From Elusimicrobiota bacterium (lineage in GTDB: Bacteria; Elusimicrobiota; Elusimicrobia; UBA1565; UBA9628), in the NCBI GenBank assembly GCA_027319565.1, contig DAHVNA010000002.1, positions 56,093-120,092 of the forward strand: a DNA stretch of 64,000 bases. Direction: 5' to 3'. Shown here piece by piece: positions 1 to 10,452 of this stretch. Position numbers and translations under genes: made by a program. The notes below the pieces were generated by a model that saw nothing but the letters and a program-made list of their open reading frames with translations, had not been told where the DNA came from and did no database searches. Position 1 is the first letter of the stretch, and each line of letters opens with the position of its first letter.

Positions 1-522
1 CTCTCTATTCTCCAAAAAGAAGATCCGGAATTAGCGCAAAATCTTTCTTTCTTGACCGCCAATCCAATAGAGCCAATGATCGAAGCGACTCTAAACAAGG
101 ACGGCCTTCTCTCTTTTGAATCCTGGATATCTCAAGCCGCCGCTCTGCAAAAATGGACCGAAATACGCTATCAGCCGGAAGAGCTCAAATCTATTTTAAG
201 ACTGGGATTATATCTGCGTTTCCTGACCGTGGCGCTGACCGCTCTTTTATGCCTTTCTTCTCTTCTGCTAGTTTTAGGAGTGCTTTTTCCTCTCATCGTT
301 TTCTCAAAGCGCTCTCCGCATAAGATGCTTGAGCTTCTTTCTCTTAGCGCGAAGACTTTCGGGGTTTGCCTTATCGGCGTTTGTATCGGCGGAATTTTCT
401 CCGCCGCTTTTGCCTGGCCCTTGGGCCGAACCGTAGAGTGGTGGAGGTGGCCCACCCTGTTGACTCAAGCGATCTTCATTCTTCCAACCGCCCTTGCCGG
501 CGCGATTCTATGCGTTTGGTAA
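1..522 (+). CDS. ftsX: FtsX-like permease, C-terminal part (5' end lies outside the window)
   Basis: Frame is open from base 1 (LSILQKEDPELAQNLSFLTANPIEPMIEATL, similar to the FtsX 'NPL' periplasmic motif), followed by three hydrophobic helices. It overlaps the start of an EnvC-like gene, matching the usual ftsX-envC-ctpA order. Confidence 0.6.
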   Translation, partial: LSILQKEDPELAQNLSFLTANPIEPMIEATLNKDGLLSFESWISQAAALQKWTEIRYQPEELKSILRLGLYLRFLTVALTALLCLSSLLLVLGVLFPLIVFSKRSPHKMLELLSLSAKTFGVCLIGVCIGGIFSAAFAWPLGRTVEWWRWPTLLTQAIFILPTALAGAILCVW

Positions 523-1616
523 TCATCTCGTGGCTATTTTTATCTCCCGCCGCCCACGCCAAACCCCTTAGCCGAAAACTGGGCGAGATCAAAAAAGAAA
601 TTCTTGAAACCAGAAGGGAAATCCGCCATTACCAAAAAACGGAAATCCGCTTAAAAAAAGATTCTGAATTTCTCAAGCGAAAGCATTTGACCAATCAAAA
701 AATGCTTGAGCGCTTAAACAAACTGGAAACCTCCGTCAAAAACAAGGAGCAGGATCTCGCCCTTCAATTAAAATCCCTGCAAGAGGATTCCAATTTCTGG
801 TCCGAAGAATTGAAAAAAAATATCCGGGCTTATTTTTCCGATATCGAAACCGGTCGAGGATATCAAAGCGTCGATTTTCTTCAGCAGGAACAATTCTTGC
901 GTTTTTCTCTCATCAATGATTCTGTCATGCTCAAGGCGCTCAGCGGAAGCGCTCGAAAGACCGTCCAGGCCAAGCAGAAAACGGATGCGGTCAAAGAGGG
1001 AATTATCGCGCAAAGCCAAAAAGCCATCGCCCAAAACAAAAAACTCTCAGCCTCCTTTTCCCGCGAACAATCCCTAATCCAAAGCGTCTCCGAGAAAAAA
1101 TCCGAGGCGTTAAAAAGAGAAAAGAAATTAGAAGAGTCGGAAAAGGCCCTGACACTCTTATTAAAAAAATTCAACCGACGAAGAAAAACGCGCCCCATCA
1201 GAAAAATTTATCGTCCGCGCCCGGTCATAGGCCCCCATTCCCTCTCCTGGCCCGCGCGCGGCAAAGTTATTGATTTCTTTGGAAAGGAGAAAAATCCCGA
1301 GCTGGGAACCTGGGTGATTCATCAGGGAATACTCCTTGAAACTTCCCCTCATTCGCCGGTCCATAATGTCGCCCTAGGCCGGGTTATCTTTGCCGGGCCT
1401 TTTCGCTCTTATGGACAAATCGTGATTGTCGACTGCGGCCATGAATTTTTCGCCATCTACGGGCATCTCGGGTCCATTCTCGCGAAAACCGGGGAAATGG
1501 TGGGGCGAGGACAAATCATTGGGACCAGCTCTTTGAACCCGCGCTCTGGAAATTTATATTTTGAGCTTCGGCAAGGAACGACCGCGCTTAACCCGCTTGG
1601 CTGGTTGAAAAAATAA
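510..1616 (+). CDS. envC: Murein hydrolase activator EnvC-like protein (coiled coil + M23/LytM domain)
   Basis: Signal peptide from ATG 510 (MRLVIISWLFLSPAAHA), long coiled coil, and C-terminal M23 motifs (WPARGKV..FG, YGHL, LYFELR..ALNP) with degenerate zinc ligands, as in EnvC. Confidence 0.8.
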   Translation: MRLVIISWLFLSPAAHAKPLSRKLGEIKKEILETRREIRHYQKTEIRLKKDSEFLKRKHLTNQKMLERLNKLETSVKNKEQDLALQLKSLQEDSNFWSEELKKNIRAYFSDIETGRGYQSVDFLQQEQFLRFSLINDSVMLKALSGSARKTVQAKQKTDAVKEGIIAQSQKAIAQNKKLSASFSREQSLIQSVSEKKSEALKREKKLEESEKALTLLLKKFNRRRKTRPIRKIYRPRPVIGPHSLSWPARGKVIDFFGKEKNPELGTWVIHQGILLETSPHSPVHNVALGRVIFAGPFRSYGQIVIVDCGHEFFAIYGHLGSILAKTGEMVGRGQIIGTSSLNPRSGNLYFELRQGTTALNPLGWLKK

Positions 1617-1617
1617 T

Positions 1618-2955
1618 ATGATGATAGAGATGATCCGCTTAGACAAAATGAGCCGAACCCTCCTGATTATTTCTTTTTTCGCCGCGACTCTTTGTCTGCC
1701 CGCCCAAAGCCAGGTCGTTGTCTCCTCCGCTTCTCAGCAGGGGCTTTCCGGAGACGAGACCTACAAGAAAATTAAAACCTTGGTCGATGTCCTCCATTAC
1801 ATTCGCGAAGACTATGTCGATCCGGTTTCAACCAAGCAATTAATGGACGGAGCTTTATCGGGCATGGTTGACACACTGGATCCTTTCTCTCAATATCTGG
1901 GCGTTGAAGCGGCCGGAGAAATGGACACCGAAACCAAGGGGAATTTTGACGGGGTCGGGCTTCAGCTCAATGTCGATGGAGATTGGCTCACGGTCATTAC
2001 CCCGATCCCGGGAACCCCCGCCTACAGCGCTGGCATCTTGCCGGGAGATCGTTTGTCGGCGGTCAACGGGCAAAGCACCAAGGATGAAACGCTCAATCAG
2101 ATTCAAAAAGATCTTCGGGGAAAGCCCGGCAGCCAGGTCGCCTTGACGGTGTTGCGAAAAGTTCCGGAGGGAAATTCCGAAATCTGGAAGCCCCTGAATT
2201 TTACGGTCGAAAGAAAAAAAATAAAAATAGAAAGCGTTCACTCTCAGATGCTTCCCAATCAGATCGGATATATCCGAATCGTGGAATTTAACGCCAACAC
2301 CGCCCGAGACACCTTGACGGCTCTTAATTCTTTGAAAAAACAAGGGATGACGAGTCTTATTTTGGATCTCAGAAATAATCCTGGCGGGCTTTTGTCCTCC
2401 GCCGTTCAGATTGCCTCATACTTCCTAGCCGGGAAAAAGTTAATCGTCTACACGCAGGGAAGAAAACCCGACGACCGCGAGGAATTTAGAAGCTTTGAGA
2501 CCGCCCCATTTCCCGATCTTCCGATGATCGTTTTAGTCAACGGCGGATCCGCCTCAGCGGCCGAAATCGTTTCCGGAGCGCTTCAAGACAATCACCGCGC
2601 TCTATTGGTCGGCATGCGCACCTATGGAAAAGCCAGTGTCCAATCCATCATCCCGCTCGATGACGGCTCCAGCCTTCGCCTGACGATCGCTCGTTACTAT
2701 ACCCCGTCCGGGCGTTCGATTCAGCGCAACGAGACAAACCACACCGGAGGAATTTTGCCCGACATTATCGTCAAGGTTCCTCCCGATATTGAAGCCAAAC
2801 TTTACGATCAGTGGGATATGATTTACGCGAAAAATCAAAAACCTCACTCCCTGGTCAAGAAAAAATACCGCGTTCCGGACAAAATTCTCGACCGCGCCGA
2901 AGAAATTCTCAAAGCCCGCAGCATTTTAGGAACGCAAGGAAACGCCGCCCCTTGA
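1618..2955 (+). CDS. ctpA: C-terminal processing peptidase S41A (PDZ + S41)
   Basis: Motifs LDPFSQY, GVGL (PDZ), LDLRNNPGG, SASAAEI, TYGKASVQ and YYTPSGRSI. Confidence 0.93.
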   Translation: MMIEMIRLDKMSRTLLIISFFAATLCLPAQSQVVVSSASQQGLSGDETYKKIKTLVDVLHYIREDYVDPVSTKQLMDGALSGMVDTLDPFSQYLGVEAAGEMDTETKGNFDGVGLQLNVDGDWLTVITPIPGTPAYSAGILPGDRLSAVNGQSTKDETLNQIQKDLRGKPGSQVALTVLRKVPEGNSEIWKPLNFTVERKKIKIESVHSQMLPNQIGYIRIVEFNANTARDTLTALNSLKKQGMTSLILDLRNNPGGLLSSAVQIASYFLAGKKLIVYTQGRKPDDREEFRSFETAPFPDLPMIVLVNGGSASAAEIVSGALQDNHRALLVGMRTYGKASVQSIIPLDDGSSLRLTIARYYTPSGRSIQRNETNHTGGILPDIIVKVPPDIEAKLYDQWDMIYAKNQKPHSLVKKKYRVPDKILDRAEEILKARSILGTQGNAAP

Positions 2956-3995
2956 AAGTTCTGGGAATTGAAACCTCTTGCGATGAAACCTCGGCCGCGG
3001 TGGTCGATCAAAAGCGGGGAATTTTGTCGAATGTCGTAATTTCTCAAATCCCTCTTCATCGCCCTTTTCAAGGCGTCGTTCCCGAGTTAGCCTCAAGAGC
3101 CCATTTCAAAAAAATCGCGCCGGTCATAGAAGAAGCGTGCCTAAAGGCCGGAATTAAACGGCCGGACGCCGTCGCTTTTACCCAAGGTCCAGGCCTCATG
3201 GGATCTCTTCTGGTGGGAAGAGTCGCCGCCGAGACGCTCGGAAGGATTTGGGATTGTCCCGTCATCGGAATTAACCATCTGGAAGGGCATATTTTCGCCG
3301 CCGAACTAGAGGGGAAAATTCGTTTTCCGTTATTGGCTCTCATTGTTTCAGGAGGACATACCGATTTAGTTCTAGTTTTTAAGCCCGGCCAATACCGGGT
3401 TTTAGGCCGGACCCGCGATGATGCCGCCGGAGAATGCTACGACAAGGTGGCCAAGATATTGGGACTGGGCTATCCCGGCGGCCCCATCATCGACCGACTG
3501 GCCAAGACCGGAGACAAGAACTCTATTATTTTTCCGCGTCCCTATCTTGAGGGAACTTTCGATTTTTCTTTTTCGGGGCTTAAGACCGCTCTTCTCTATC
3601 ACATCAACAAACGCCTTAAAAGGCCGATGAACGCCAAAATTAAAAGCTTGAAAAAGCCGATTTTAACGCCGGGAGAAATTTCAAACATTTGCGCCTCATT
3701 TCAAGAAGCCGTCTGCGAAACCCTCGTTCATAAGACTCTGGACGCCGCTCAAAAATTTAAAATCCGCCAAATCGTCGTTGGGGGCGGCGTTTCCGCCAAT
3801 AGCCGCTTAAGAGAAATGTTTATCGAGAAATGCCAAAATCAACAAATTGCCGTCAGCCTTTCCTCTCTAAAACTCTGCACCGATAATGGCGCGATGATCG
3901 CCCAAGTCGCCATTCATAAACTCTCATCAAAAACTAAAAAACGCGCTTTAACCAATAAAAGCGATCCGGCTCTTCCTTTTAAGAATTGGGCTTAG
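2952..3995 (+). CDS. tsaD: tRNA N6-adenosine threonylcarbamoyltransferase
   Basis: Motifs LGIETSCDET, GVVPELASRAH, NHLEGH, SGGHT, TRDDAAGE and CTDNGAMIA. TTG start at 2952 overlaps the ctpA stop. Confidence 0.96.
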   Translation: MKVLGIETSCDETSAAVVDQKRGILSNVVISQIPLHRPFQGVVPELASRAHFKKIAPVIEEACLKAGIKRPDAVAFTQGPGLMGSLLVGRVAAETLGRIWDCPVIGINHLEGHIFAAELEGKIRFPLLALIVSGGHTDLVLVFKPGQYRVLGRTRDDAAGECYDKVAKILGLGYPGGPIIDRLAKTGDKNSIIFPRPYLEGTFDFSFSGLKTALLYHINKRLKRPMNAKIKSLKKPILTPGEISNICASFQEAVCETLVHKTLDAAQKFKIRQIVVGGGVSANSRLREMFIEKCQNQQIAVSLSSLKLCTDNGAMIAQVAIHKLSSKTKKRALTNKSDPALPFKNWA

Positions 3996-4017
3996 GGCTC
4001 GCTACGAACGAAGGGCG

Positions 4018-5124
4018 TCAGAAATGGACTAATTTTTTGAGCCGGGGCATAGGCTCCATTCCCAAGCCGGATTGGACTTTCGAGAGATCATAAAGACCTT
4101 TGCGTCCGATAGACGGCCCTTTCCAGAGTTTTTGAGAAAACCACAGCGGGGTGTCCAAATCCACAAAACTAAAATCTCCCCGGCCGCAGGCAAAATGGGC
4201 GGAGGTGGTCATCGCCAAGGCGGTCTCAATATTTCCGCCAATCATCAAAATCTTTCCTTTCTTTCGAGCCAAATCCGCGATTTTAATATTCTCGATGATT
4301 CCGCATTTCATGAGCTTGATATTGACGGCGGAAGGAAAAGGGCGGCGAAACAAATTCTGAACGGCTTTAAAGCTATAGGCGGATTCATCCGCGCAGACGG
4401 AAACCCCGCCGTATTTTTCGACGTCAAAAAGGCCGTCCAAATCTTCTCTTTTGACCGGCTGCTCGAAAAGAGCCGGCAAAATCCCGCGCTTTTTTAAGCG
4501 CATAAGAAAATCAAGGGCCTTTTTTGCGGAATAGCCCTGATTGGCATCGATAATGAGTCTCGCCTTCGGCGCCTCCACAAGAACCGCCAAGACCCGCTTT
4601 TCATCCTCATCTAAATCGCATCCCACCTTGATTTTAATTGTCTGAACCCCCAAGCGCGCGATTTTCCGCGCCGCCAGGCGAGATTTCTCCGGCGAAATCA
4701 AGGTCACCGTCACATCCGAAAAAACGCTTTTTTTCGCGTCGCCTAAAAAAGACCTTAAAGGGATTTTTTTAAACCGAGTCCAGGCATCCAAGATCGCCAT
4801 CTGAATGGCCGCTCGCGCGGCCCCGCGCTCCGGCGGCATTCGCGAATCGAGTTTTTTTAAAAAAGCTCCGACATCGGCGATCTCTTTTCCCTCCAAGAAT
4901 GAAATTTGTTCCGACAGCGCAAGGTAAGTCAAATCTTGACTGTCTCCGTTAAAGGTCGTAGAGGGAGCCCCTTCGCCGTATCCGACAGTTCCGTCTTTAA
5001 GACGCACGCGAACTAAGACGTTACTGGTCGCGCTTTGAGATCCCGAGGAAATGGGAAACGGCTCGTTTAAGGGTTCATTGAGTCGCGCGATTGAAACTTG
5101 AGAGAGGACGGGGAAATCTCTCAT
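4018..5124 (-). CDS. L-Ala-D/L-Glu dipeptide epimerase (enolase superfamily)
   Basis: Motifs GYGE, KIKVG, DANQG, EQP, ADES, NIKLMKCG and DLD. Confidence 0.85.
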   Translation of the reverse strand: MRDFPVLSQVSIARLNEPLNEPFPISSGSQSATSNVLVRVRLKDGTVGYGEGAPSTTFNGDSQDLTYLALSEQISFLEGKEIADVGAFLKKLDSRMPPERGAARAAIQMAILDAWTRFKKIPLRSFLGDAKKSVFSDVTVTLISPEKSRLAARKIARLGVQTIKIKVGCDLDEDEKRVLAVLVEAPKARLIIDANQGYSAKKALDFLMRLKKRGILPALFEQPVKREDLDGLFDVEKYGGVSVCADESAYSFKAVQNLFRRPFPSAVNIKLMKCGIIENIKIADLARKKGKILMIGGNIETALAMTTSAHFACGRGDFSFVDLDTPLWFSQKLWKGPSIGRKGLYDLSKVQSGLGMEPMPRLKKLVHF

Positions 5125-5984
5125 TGGGGAATCAATAGAATCTGCGCCAATTCGCCCAATCTCTCGCTATTTAAATTAAGACCTGCGTTTTGGTAAACCG
5201 CCATTAAATTGCGCAAAAGCCGCATTAAAATATGCGAATGAGAGACCGGTCTTAAAACGCTGGGATCATAACTAAACCCATTTTGGGCCAAACGCTTGCG
5301 CATCCCAGCGACGTCGAGTGTTTTATTTAAAATCGGGTCCCAAAACAAAGACGGACGCCCGAGTCCGACGATAAAATGGCCTGGAAGCCCAATTCCGAAA
5401 GCCGGAATCTTAAGCCGACGCGCCAATATCAAAAAAAGAATGGACAAGCTGAGAGGCGTTCCCCGCCGCATTTCAATGACCCGATTTAAATAATTATTGT
5501 CCGGATCGTAATAGTTTTCCTCATTGACGCGAAAACCCATGGCATTGGAGAGAAACGAGTGGAGGCGCTTAAAGGCCGTCATCGAATTTTCAGACGAGGA
5601 GATATCGCTTCTAATTTTACCGGCGACATGGTCCAGCCATTTGCGATAGACCTTTTCATCAAGAAGCGGATAGGCAAAGCGCGCGATCAAAAAAGCCCCC
5701 TTTTCCAAATCTCTCTTGGCCTCGCTTAAACGCGCGAACTCCTCAAATTCCTTTTTAATCTCTCCAAAGACAATGTCCGAGATAAGCCCTTTGGCCTTTT
5801 CAAAAAGCGCGGGATGCGTTCGCTCCAAACCCATTAAATAAGGGAGAATCGGCGCTCCAATTTTAAGGATATGGTCTCGCACCAAGAGGGCGCTGTTGGG
5901 GTCCTCGTCTTCAAGAAGCAAGACTAGACTTCTCAAATTGCGCTCTTTTCCGGTTCTTCCCGCGCGCGCCTTTGTTTTCTCCAT
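5121..5984 (-). CDS. SirB1/YchA-like transglutaminase-like protein
   Basis: YYDPDNNYLNRVI..RRGTPLSLS, GLPGHF and ILMRLLRNL. Start set at ATG 5984, with TACAAT 7 nt upstream. Confidence 0.8.
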   Translation of the reverse strand: MEKTKARAGRTGKERNLRSLVLLLEDEDPNSALLVRDHILKIGAPILPYLMGLERTHPALFEKAKGLISDIVFGEIKKEFEEFARLSEAKRDLEKGAFLIARFAYPLLDEKVYRKWLDHVAGKIRSDISSSENSMTAFKRLHSFLSNAMGFRVNEENYYDPDNNYLNRVIEMRRGTPLSLSILFLILARRLKIPAFGIGLPGHFIVGLGRPSLFWDPILNKTLDVAGMRKRLAQNGFSYDPSVLRPVSHSHILMRLLRNLMAVYQNAGLNLNSERLGELAQILLIPQ

Positions 5985-6016
5985 ACTGGATATTGTATCC
6001 CCTGCTACTGACTTTT

Positions 6017-7669
6017 TCAATATGCGATGTTTCCTACAATCTTTGCCGCCTCAATAGAGCCAGAAGCGGCAAGAAGGTTGGATAAAATCTTGCGCCCCTC
6101 CGGGTCATGAGTCAAATCATAAACGAAAATGGAGTTCCCCGCGGTAAAAGCGGGCGTTCGCTTTTTAAGCCAGGAAAATACATTCTTATCTGCGAAATAG
6201 ACCGCCTCAAGATTTGTTTCTGAAATGGCAAAAAAAAGCGGCCCGGATTTTTCCGGAAGGACGGTCCCGTCGCGACGATCGACATTGGAATAAAACGCCA
6301 GAGGAAAATAGCGAATTCCTTCATATGAGGGATCCGCCACTCCGAAATAAGAAAGAATAATCGGAGGGTTTCCGCGCTTTTTGAGTTCGCGGCCCAAGTC
6401 TTTCAAGCCTTGCCCCCAATCCAAATTCGAATCGGCCAGAAGATGATAACCGCCGCTAGGCCCGCCGGTCAACTCGTTAAAATAAACAAGATAATGAGGG
6501 TAGGCCCGGATCACGCTTAGGGACGTCCAAAGCGCCCCCACCGCGAGAGTGGCGGCAAACACCCCTTGGGAAAGACGAAGTTTTAAAGCGGCGACAGAAC
6601 GCGCCCCCAAAATAATCAAAAAAGGATAAATGGGGAGAATATGGCGATAGCCGATATCCGTTTTAGAAATCAGGGCCGCGATAAAATAAGCCGTCGGGGG
6701 CATCAAGAGCCAAATCTCCCGCTCGGACGGTTTTCTTAATGCCAGATAAATCCCCAGCGCGGCGAAAAGAAGGAGAGGAATCGGGGTTTTAACTGCAAGA
6801 GCGACCGGAAAAAAATCCCAGAAGCCATTTTGGCTATAGCGGCCCCATAAAAAAGACGGGCGGCCTTGATTGAGCCTTGTCAGCGTTTTAAGAAGCCCGC
6901 CCCAATAGAGGGAAAAGCCGCTCAAGCGATAGGAAAACGCAAGAATGAGAGCCGCTAAAAAGACAAAAACGAGAATTTGAGAAATTTTTGGCCGACGCTT
7001 GGGAGAGACCCGCGCCTCGGTTAAAAGAGCGCTGACAATGACAATGGGAAGAATAATCATGCTAAATTTCGAAGCCAAAGCCCCGCCAAGGCAAACCCCG
7101 GACAAGGCCCAATCCCTCCAAATGCGATTAGGACGGGCAAGAAAAAAACAGGTCAAAAAATAAAAGACGGCGGGCAGCGCATCAGTAGTGGCCAGGGCGA
7201 AATTGGAAAAAATCGGCGGACAAAAGGCGAGAAAAAAAGAGGCCGCAAGAAAAGCCGCCTCCCGGCCCAAACTCCAAGACCAGGCTAACGCCGCGGGAAA
7301 CAAAATTAAAAGAAGGCTGATTAAATTCCAGGTTCGGGCGGAATTAAGCAAACGGGAAGCCTCAACCCGATTTTTATAGATAAATTGATCCGAAAAATTA
7401 TAAAGCCTCCCAAAATCAGGATTTAAGGTCATGGTCGAAGGATTTAAGAGAAGAAGAGGCAAGGCCCCCCACATTTCCGCCAAGGGCGGATGATCGCGCC
7501 AGTTCAGCGGCGGCAGCTGGGTTTTAAGCGCGAGATATCCGCTCGCCAAATGGACCGGCTCGTCATATGTCGCCGAGGAATCTTCAATCTGGGAAATTCC
7601 AAAAAATACCGCCGTAAAAAACGCGGATACGGCCGCCAACCCCAGCCCTACGATTTTAGCCTTCGACAC
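6017..7669 (-). CDS. GT-C fold (PMT/ArnT-like) membrane glycosyltransferase
   Basis: TYDEPVH, HPPL, ATTD, SKFS, GYRHILPIYP and DSNLDWGQ motifs; many transmembrane helices. Confidence 0.8.
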   Translation of the reverse strand: MSKAKIVGLGLAAVSAFFTAVFFGISQIEDSSATYDEPVHLASGYLALKTQLPPLNWRDHPPLAEMWGALPLLLLNPSTMTLNPDFGRLYNFSDQFIYKNRVEASRLLNSARTWNLISLLLILFPAALAWSWSLGREAAFLAASFFLAFCPPIFSNFALATTDALPAVFYFLTCFFLARPNRIWRDWALSGVCLGGALASKFSMIILPIVIVSALLTEARVSPKRRPKISQILVFVFLAALILAFSYRLSGFSLYWGGLLKTLTRLNQGRPSFLWGRYSQNGFWDFFPVALAVKTPIPLLLFAALGIYLALRKPSEREIWLLMPPTAYFIAALISKTDIGYRHILPIYPFLIILGARSVAALKLRLSQGVFAATLAVGALWTSLSVIRAYPHYLVYFNELTGGPSGGYHLLADSNLDWGQGLKDLGRELKKRGNPPIILSYFGVADPSYEGIRYFPLAFYSNVDRRDGTVLPEKSGPLFFAISETNLEAVYFADKNVFSWLKKRTPAFTAGNSIFVYDLTHDPEGRKILSNLLAASGSIEAAKIVGNIAY

Positions 7670-7758
7670 GGCTTATTCTATAACTTAAGGAATCTTTTCG
7701 TCTTTACATATTGGGACTGGAAAATTTAACAAGCGCCTGTTATACTACGGATAGGTCT

Positions 7759-8358
7759 ATGAGCGAAGTCCTTGTTCTCAATCGTAGCTTTTGCGCCGTC
7801 GAGGTCTCCTCTTGGCAGAGGGCCTTGTCTCTCCTTTATTTAGGAAGAGCCTCGGTGGTCGGAGAAGACTATCAAACCCACAATTTTAAAGACTGGTTGG
7901 AACTTTCCCGAGTCATTAAAAAAAACCCCGCGGGCTTTGTCAGCACCCCTTCCTTTAAAATCGCCATTCCGGAAGTCATCGCCCTTAACTTTTTTGACAA
8001 AGTGCCCCTCAGGGAAATTCCCTTTACCCGGCGCAATATTTATCTCCATTACAAGCATCGCTGTTGCTACTGCGGGAAAAAATTTGCCCTCAATCAACTT
8101 AACCTCGATCATGTCATTCCCAAATCCCGCGGCGGAAAAACTGATTGGTCTAATATCGTCACTTCCTGCGTGCCTTGCAATTTGAAAAAGGGAAATCGCC
8201 TTCCCAGGGAAGCGGGAATGCGACTACTGATTCCCATCTCCCGCCCAAAAATGAAGCGGGGCTCTATCGTCTTTATGCGCGCTCCAGCGCAGTTGCGCAG
8301 GTCCTGGCAGCGATTTATTGACAACGCTTATTGGGACGCGCCCCTTGAAAACGAATGA
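7759..8358 (+). CDS. HNH endonuclease (McrA-like)
   Basis: VLVLN N-terminus; CCYCG...DHVIPKSRGG...WSNIVTSCVPCNLKK. Confidence 0.9.
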   Translation: MSEVLVLNRSFCAVEVSSWQRALSLLYLGRASVVGEDYQTHNFKDWLELSRVIKKNPAGFVSTPSFKIAIPEVIALNFFDKVPLREIPFTRRNIYLHYKHRCCYCGKKFALNQLNLDHVIPKSRGGKTDWSNIVTSCVPCNLKKGNRLPREAGMRLLIPISRPKMKRGSIVFMRAPAQLRRSWQRFIDNAYWDAPLENE

Positions 8359-9314
8359 TCTCTCTTCCCTTTGATGTTCCTTGGCCGCTTTCTGTTCCTT
8401 CTTCTCGAACCGCGGATAAAGACCGCTTCGAAAGTCTTTATGGCGAGGTTAAGGATTTCTCCCGGCGCTGGGAAAGATCTAATCAACTCGGAAAACTTCT
8501 GAGCAAACCACTTCCTCTCAACGATTCATTTGAGTTCGGAATTTTGGGAGATTCCGAGCCCGGAAGATTTTGGATATTTAGAAAACTTTTCAGCGAGCCG
8601 GAGGTATTTACCAAACATCTTCATGCGCTTAGAAATCTCCCGCTTGATTTTATGTTTCAACTGGGAGATATGGTCAGCCGCGGGACTCTTGAAAATTACC
8701 GGAATTTTTTTCAGACCCTCTCAAGCGCGCCTCCGCTAATCCCTTATTTAACGGTCATTGGAAATCACGACCGCTCAAGACCCAACGGAAAATCTCACTC
8801 AAAACTCTACCGCTCCTTCTTCGGCTCAAAAACCAACTATTTCTTCGATCGCGGCCCGGCCCGTTTAATCGTTTTAGATTCCAGCCGCGCCAAAATCACC
8901 CGGGCACAACTGCGCTGGCTCAATTTAGCTCTCAAAACTCCCCTCAAAAAAATCGTCTTGACCCATATGCCCCCCATGAGCCTGCGATTTTGGAACGACA
9001 TTCCCATTTCCTGCCGGGGCGGATTTAAAAAAGGCTCTTCTGAATTTATCGAAATGATGGCCCGGCATAAAGTCGACCGGGTATATACCGGTCACATACA
9101 CGCCTTTGCGGTCTGCGATTTTAAAGGGGTGCGCTACGTCTTGACCGGCGGGGGAGGATCCCCGCTATTTCCCTCCGGAGTGGCGGATAAGTTTTATCAC
9201 TCGCTGACAGTTTCAATTTCCCCTTGCGGAATCAAAGACAAGGTTCGCCTCCTCAGCGGAGACAATTTCCATATCCCCGAGGGAAAAGTCTTTTTAAATA
9301 AATTTCAAATCTAA
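8355..9314 (+). CDS. Calcineurin-like metallophosphoesterase
   Basis: GDS, LGDMV, GNHD, THMP, GHIH and TGGGG motifs. ATGA overlap with the HNH gene. Confidence 0.87.
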   Translation: MISLPFDVPWPLSVPSSRTADKDRFESLYGEVKDFSRRWERSNQLGKLLSKPLPLNDSFEFGILGDSEPGRFWIFRKLFSEPEVFTKHLHALRNLPLDFMFQLGDMVSRGTLENYRNFFQTLSSAPPLIPYLTVIGNHDRSRPNGKSHSKLYRSFFGSKTNYFFDRGPARLIVLDSSRAKITRAQLRWLNLALKTPLKKIVLTHMPPMSLRFWNDIPISCRGGFKKGSSEFIEMMARHKVDRVYTGHIHAFAVCDFKGVRYVLTGGGGSPLFPSGVADKFYHSLTVSISPCGIKDKVRLLSGDNFHIPEGKVFLNKFQI

Positions 9315-9724
9315 GGCTGGTACTCGGCGTAGGAGTTTTGGGTTTCCCACAATTTCACCGAGCGAACGTCCAGATCTTGTTTTTTCGCGTAATCGAAAAT
9401 ATATTTGGCGATGTTTTCCGCCGTCGGGTTGGAAGGGAAAAGCACCACTGGATCTCCCATCTTCTGAAGAACCGGAACCAAAGGGTCTTTTGCGTTTAAA
9501 ATCATCTTATGATCCAGTTCCGCATCCACCCACGCTTGAATCTTTTTTTTAATCTCGTCAAAATCAATCACCATCCCCAAGGAATCCAAAACAGAGGATG
9601 AAATCGTGATTTCTAAAACGCCATTATGCCCATGGGGATGGCGACATTTGCCCGCGTATTCGAGAAGGCGATGCCCGTAACAGAAATGAATGACCCGGGT
9701 GACTTGATATTGTTTCGGATTCAT
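9311..9724 (-). CDS. queD: 6-carboxy-5,6,7,8-tetrahydropterin synthase (PTPS-I/QueD)
   Basis: GHRL, CRHPHGHN, GMVIDF, LDH, PTAENIA and LWET motifs. Confidence 0.88.
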   Translation of the reverse strand: MNPKQYQVTRVIHFCYGHRLLEYAGKCRHPHGHNGVLEITISSSVLDSLGMVIDFDEIKKKIQAWVDAELDHKMILNAKDPLVPVLQKMGDPVVLFPSNPTAENIAKYIFDYAKKQDLDVRSVKLWETQNSYAEYQP

Positions 9725-10452
9725 GCGATTAATCTCCCTCCATCAACCGGAATCTGCGCGCCGGTCATGAAAGATCCGGATTTGATTAAAAAAGCGACGG
9801 CTTGAACTATATCTTGCGGCGAGCCGATTCTTTTGAGAGGAGTCGCCTCAATTACCGAGCGCTTAAACTTCGGCGATGACTTTTCCGGAAGCAAAACCGG
9901 CCCCGGCAATATCGCGTTGACCCTGATTTTTGGAGCCAAGGCCTTGGCCAAGACGGTATTAAGACACAAGAGCCCGGCCTTAGAAACGCAATAGGGGATA
10001 AAATCGGGATAGGGCCGAATGCCGGCCCAATCGGCGATATTGATTATTTGTCCCCCATTTTTCATCCACGGAACGATTTCTTGGGCCAGGAAAAAAGGCG
10101 CTCGCAAATTGGCGTTTAAGTGGCGATCCCAATCCTTGAGACTTGTTTTCCCAAATTGATTTTTTTCATAGATAGAAGCGTTGTTAATCAGAACGTCGAT
10201 TTTCTTGAAATAATTTCCCGCCAGCCAAACGGCTTTTTTAATTTGGAGAGGATTCTCTAAATTAGCTTGAATCGCCTTCGCCTGCCCCGGATGAATGCGA
10301 TTGATTTGAGACGCCAGCTCCAAGGCTTCTTTTTTCGAGCGGTGGTAATGAAGAGCGATTTTCATCCCTTGATGGGATAAAAAAAGCGCAATCTCGCGTC
10401 CAATACGCTTAGACGCGCCCGTCACGAAAGCGACCTTGCCGGAAAGGTTCAT
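9721..10452 (-). CDS. SDR family pteridine reductase (FolM/PTR1-like)
   Basis: TGASKRIG, HYHRS, NNAS, YCVSK, LAPKIRVNAI and VDGG motifs. Confidence 0.8.
   Translation of the reverse strand: MNLSGKVAFVTGASKRIGREIALFLSHQGMKIALHYHRSKKEALELASQINRIHPGQAKAIQANLENPLQIKKAVWLAGNYFKKIDVLINNASIYEKNQFGKTSLKDWDRHLNANLRAPFFLAQEIVPWMKNGGQIINIADWAGIRPYPDFIPYCVSKAGLLCLNTVLAKALAPKIRVNAILPGPVLLPEKSSPKFKRSVIEATPLKRIGSPQDIVQAVAFLIKSGSFMTGAQIPVDGGRLIA

Noticed and set aside
366..509. N-terminal extension of the EnvC ORF
   Set aside because: It overlaps ftsX in another frame; the signal peptide starts at ATG 510.
2811..2951. N-terminal extension of tsaD
   Set aside because: It lies inside ctpA; TsaD homology begins at TTG 2952.
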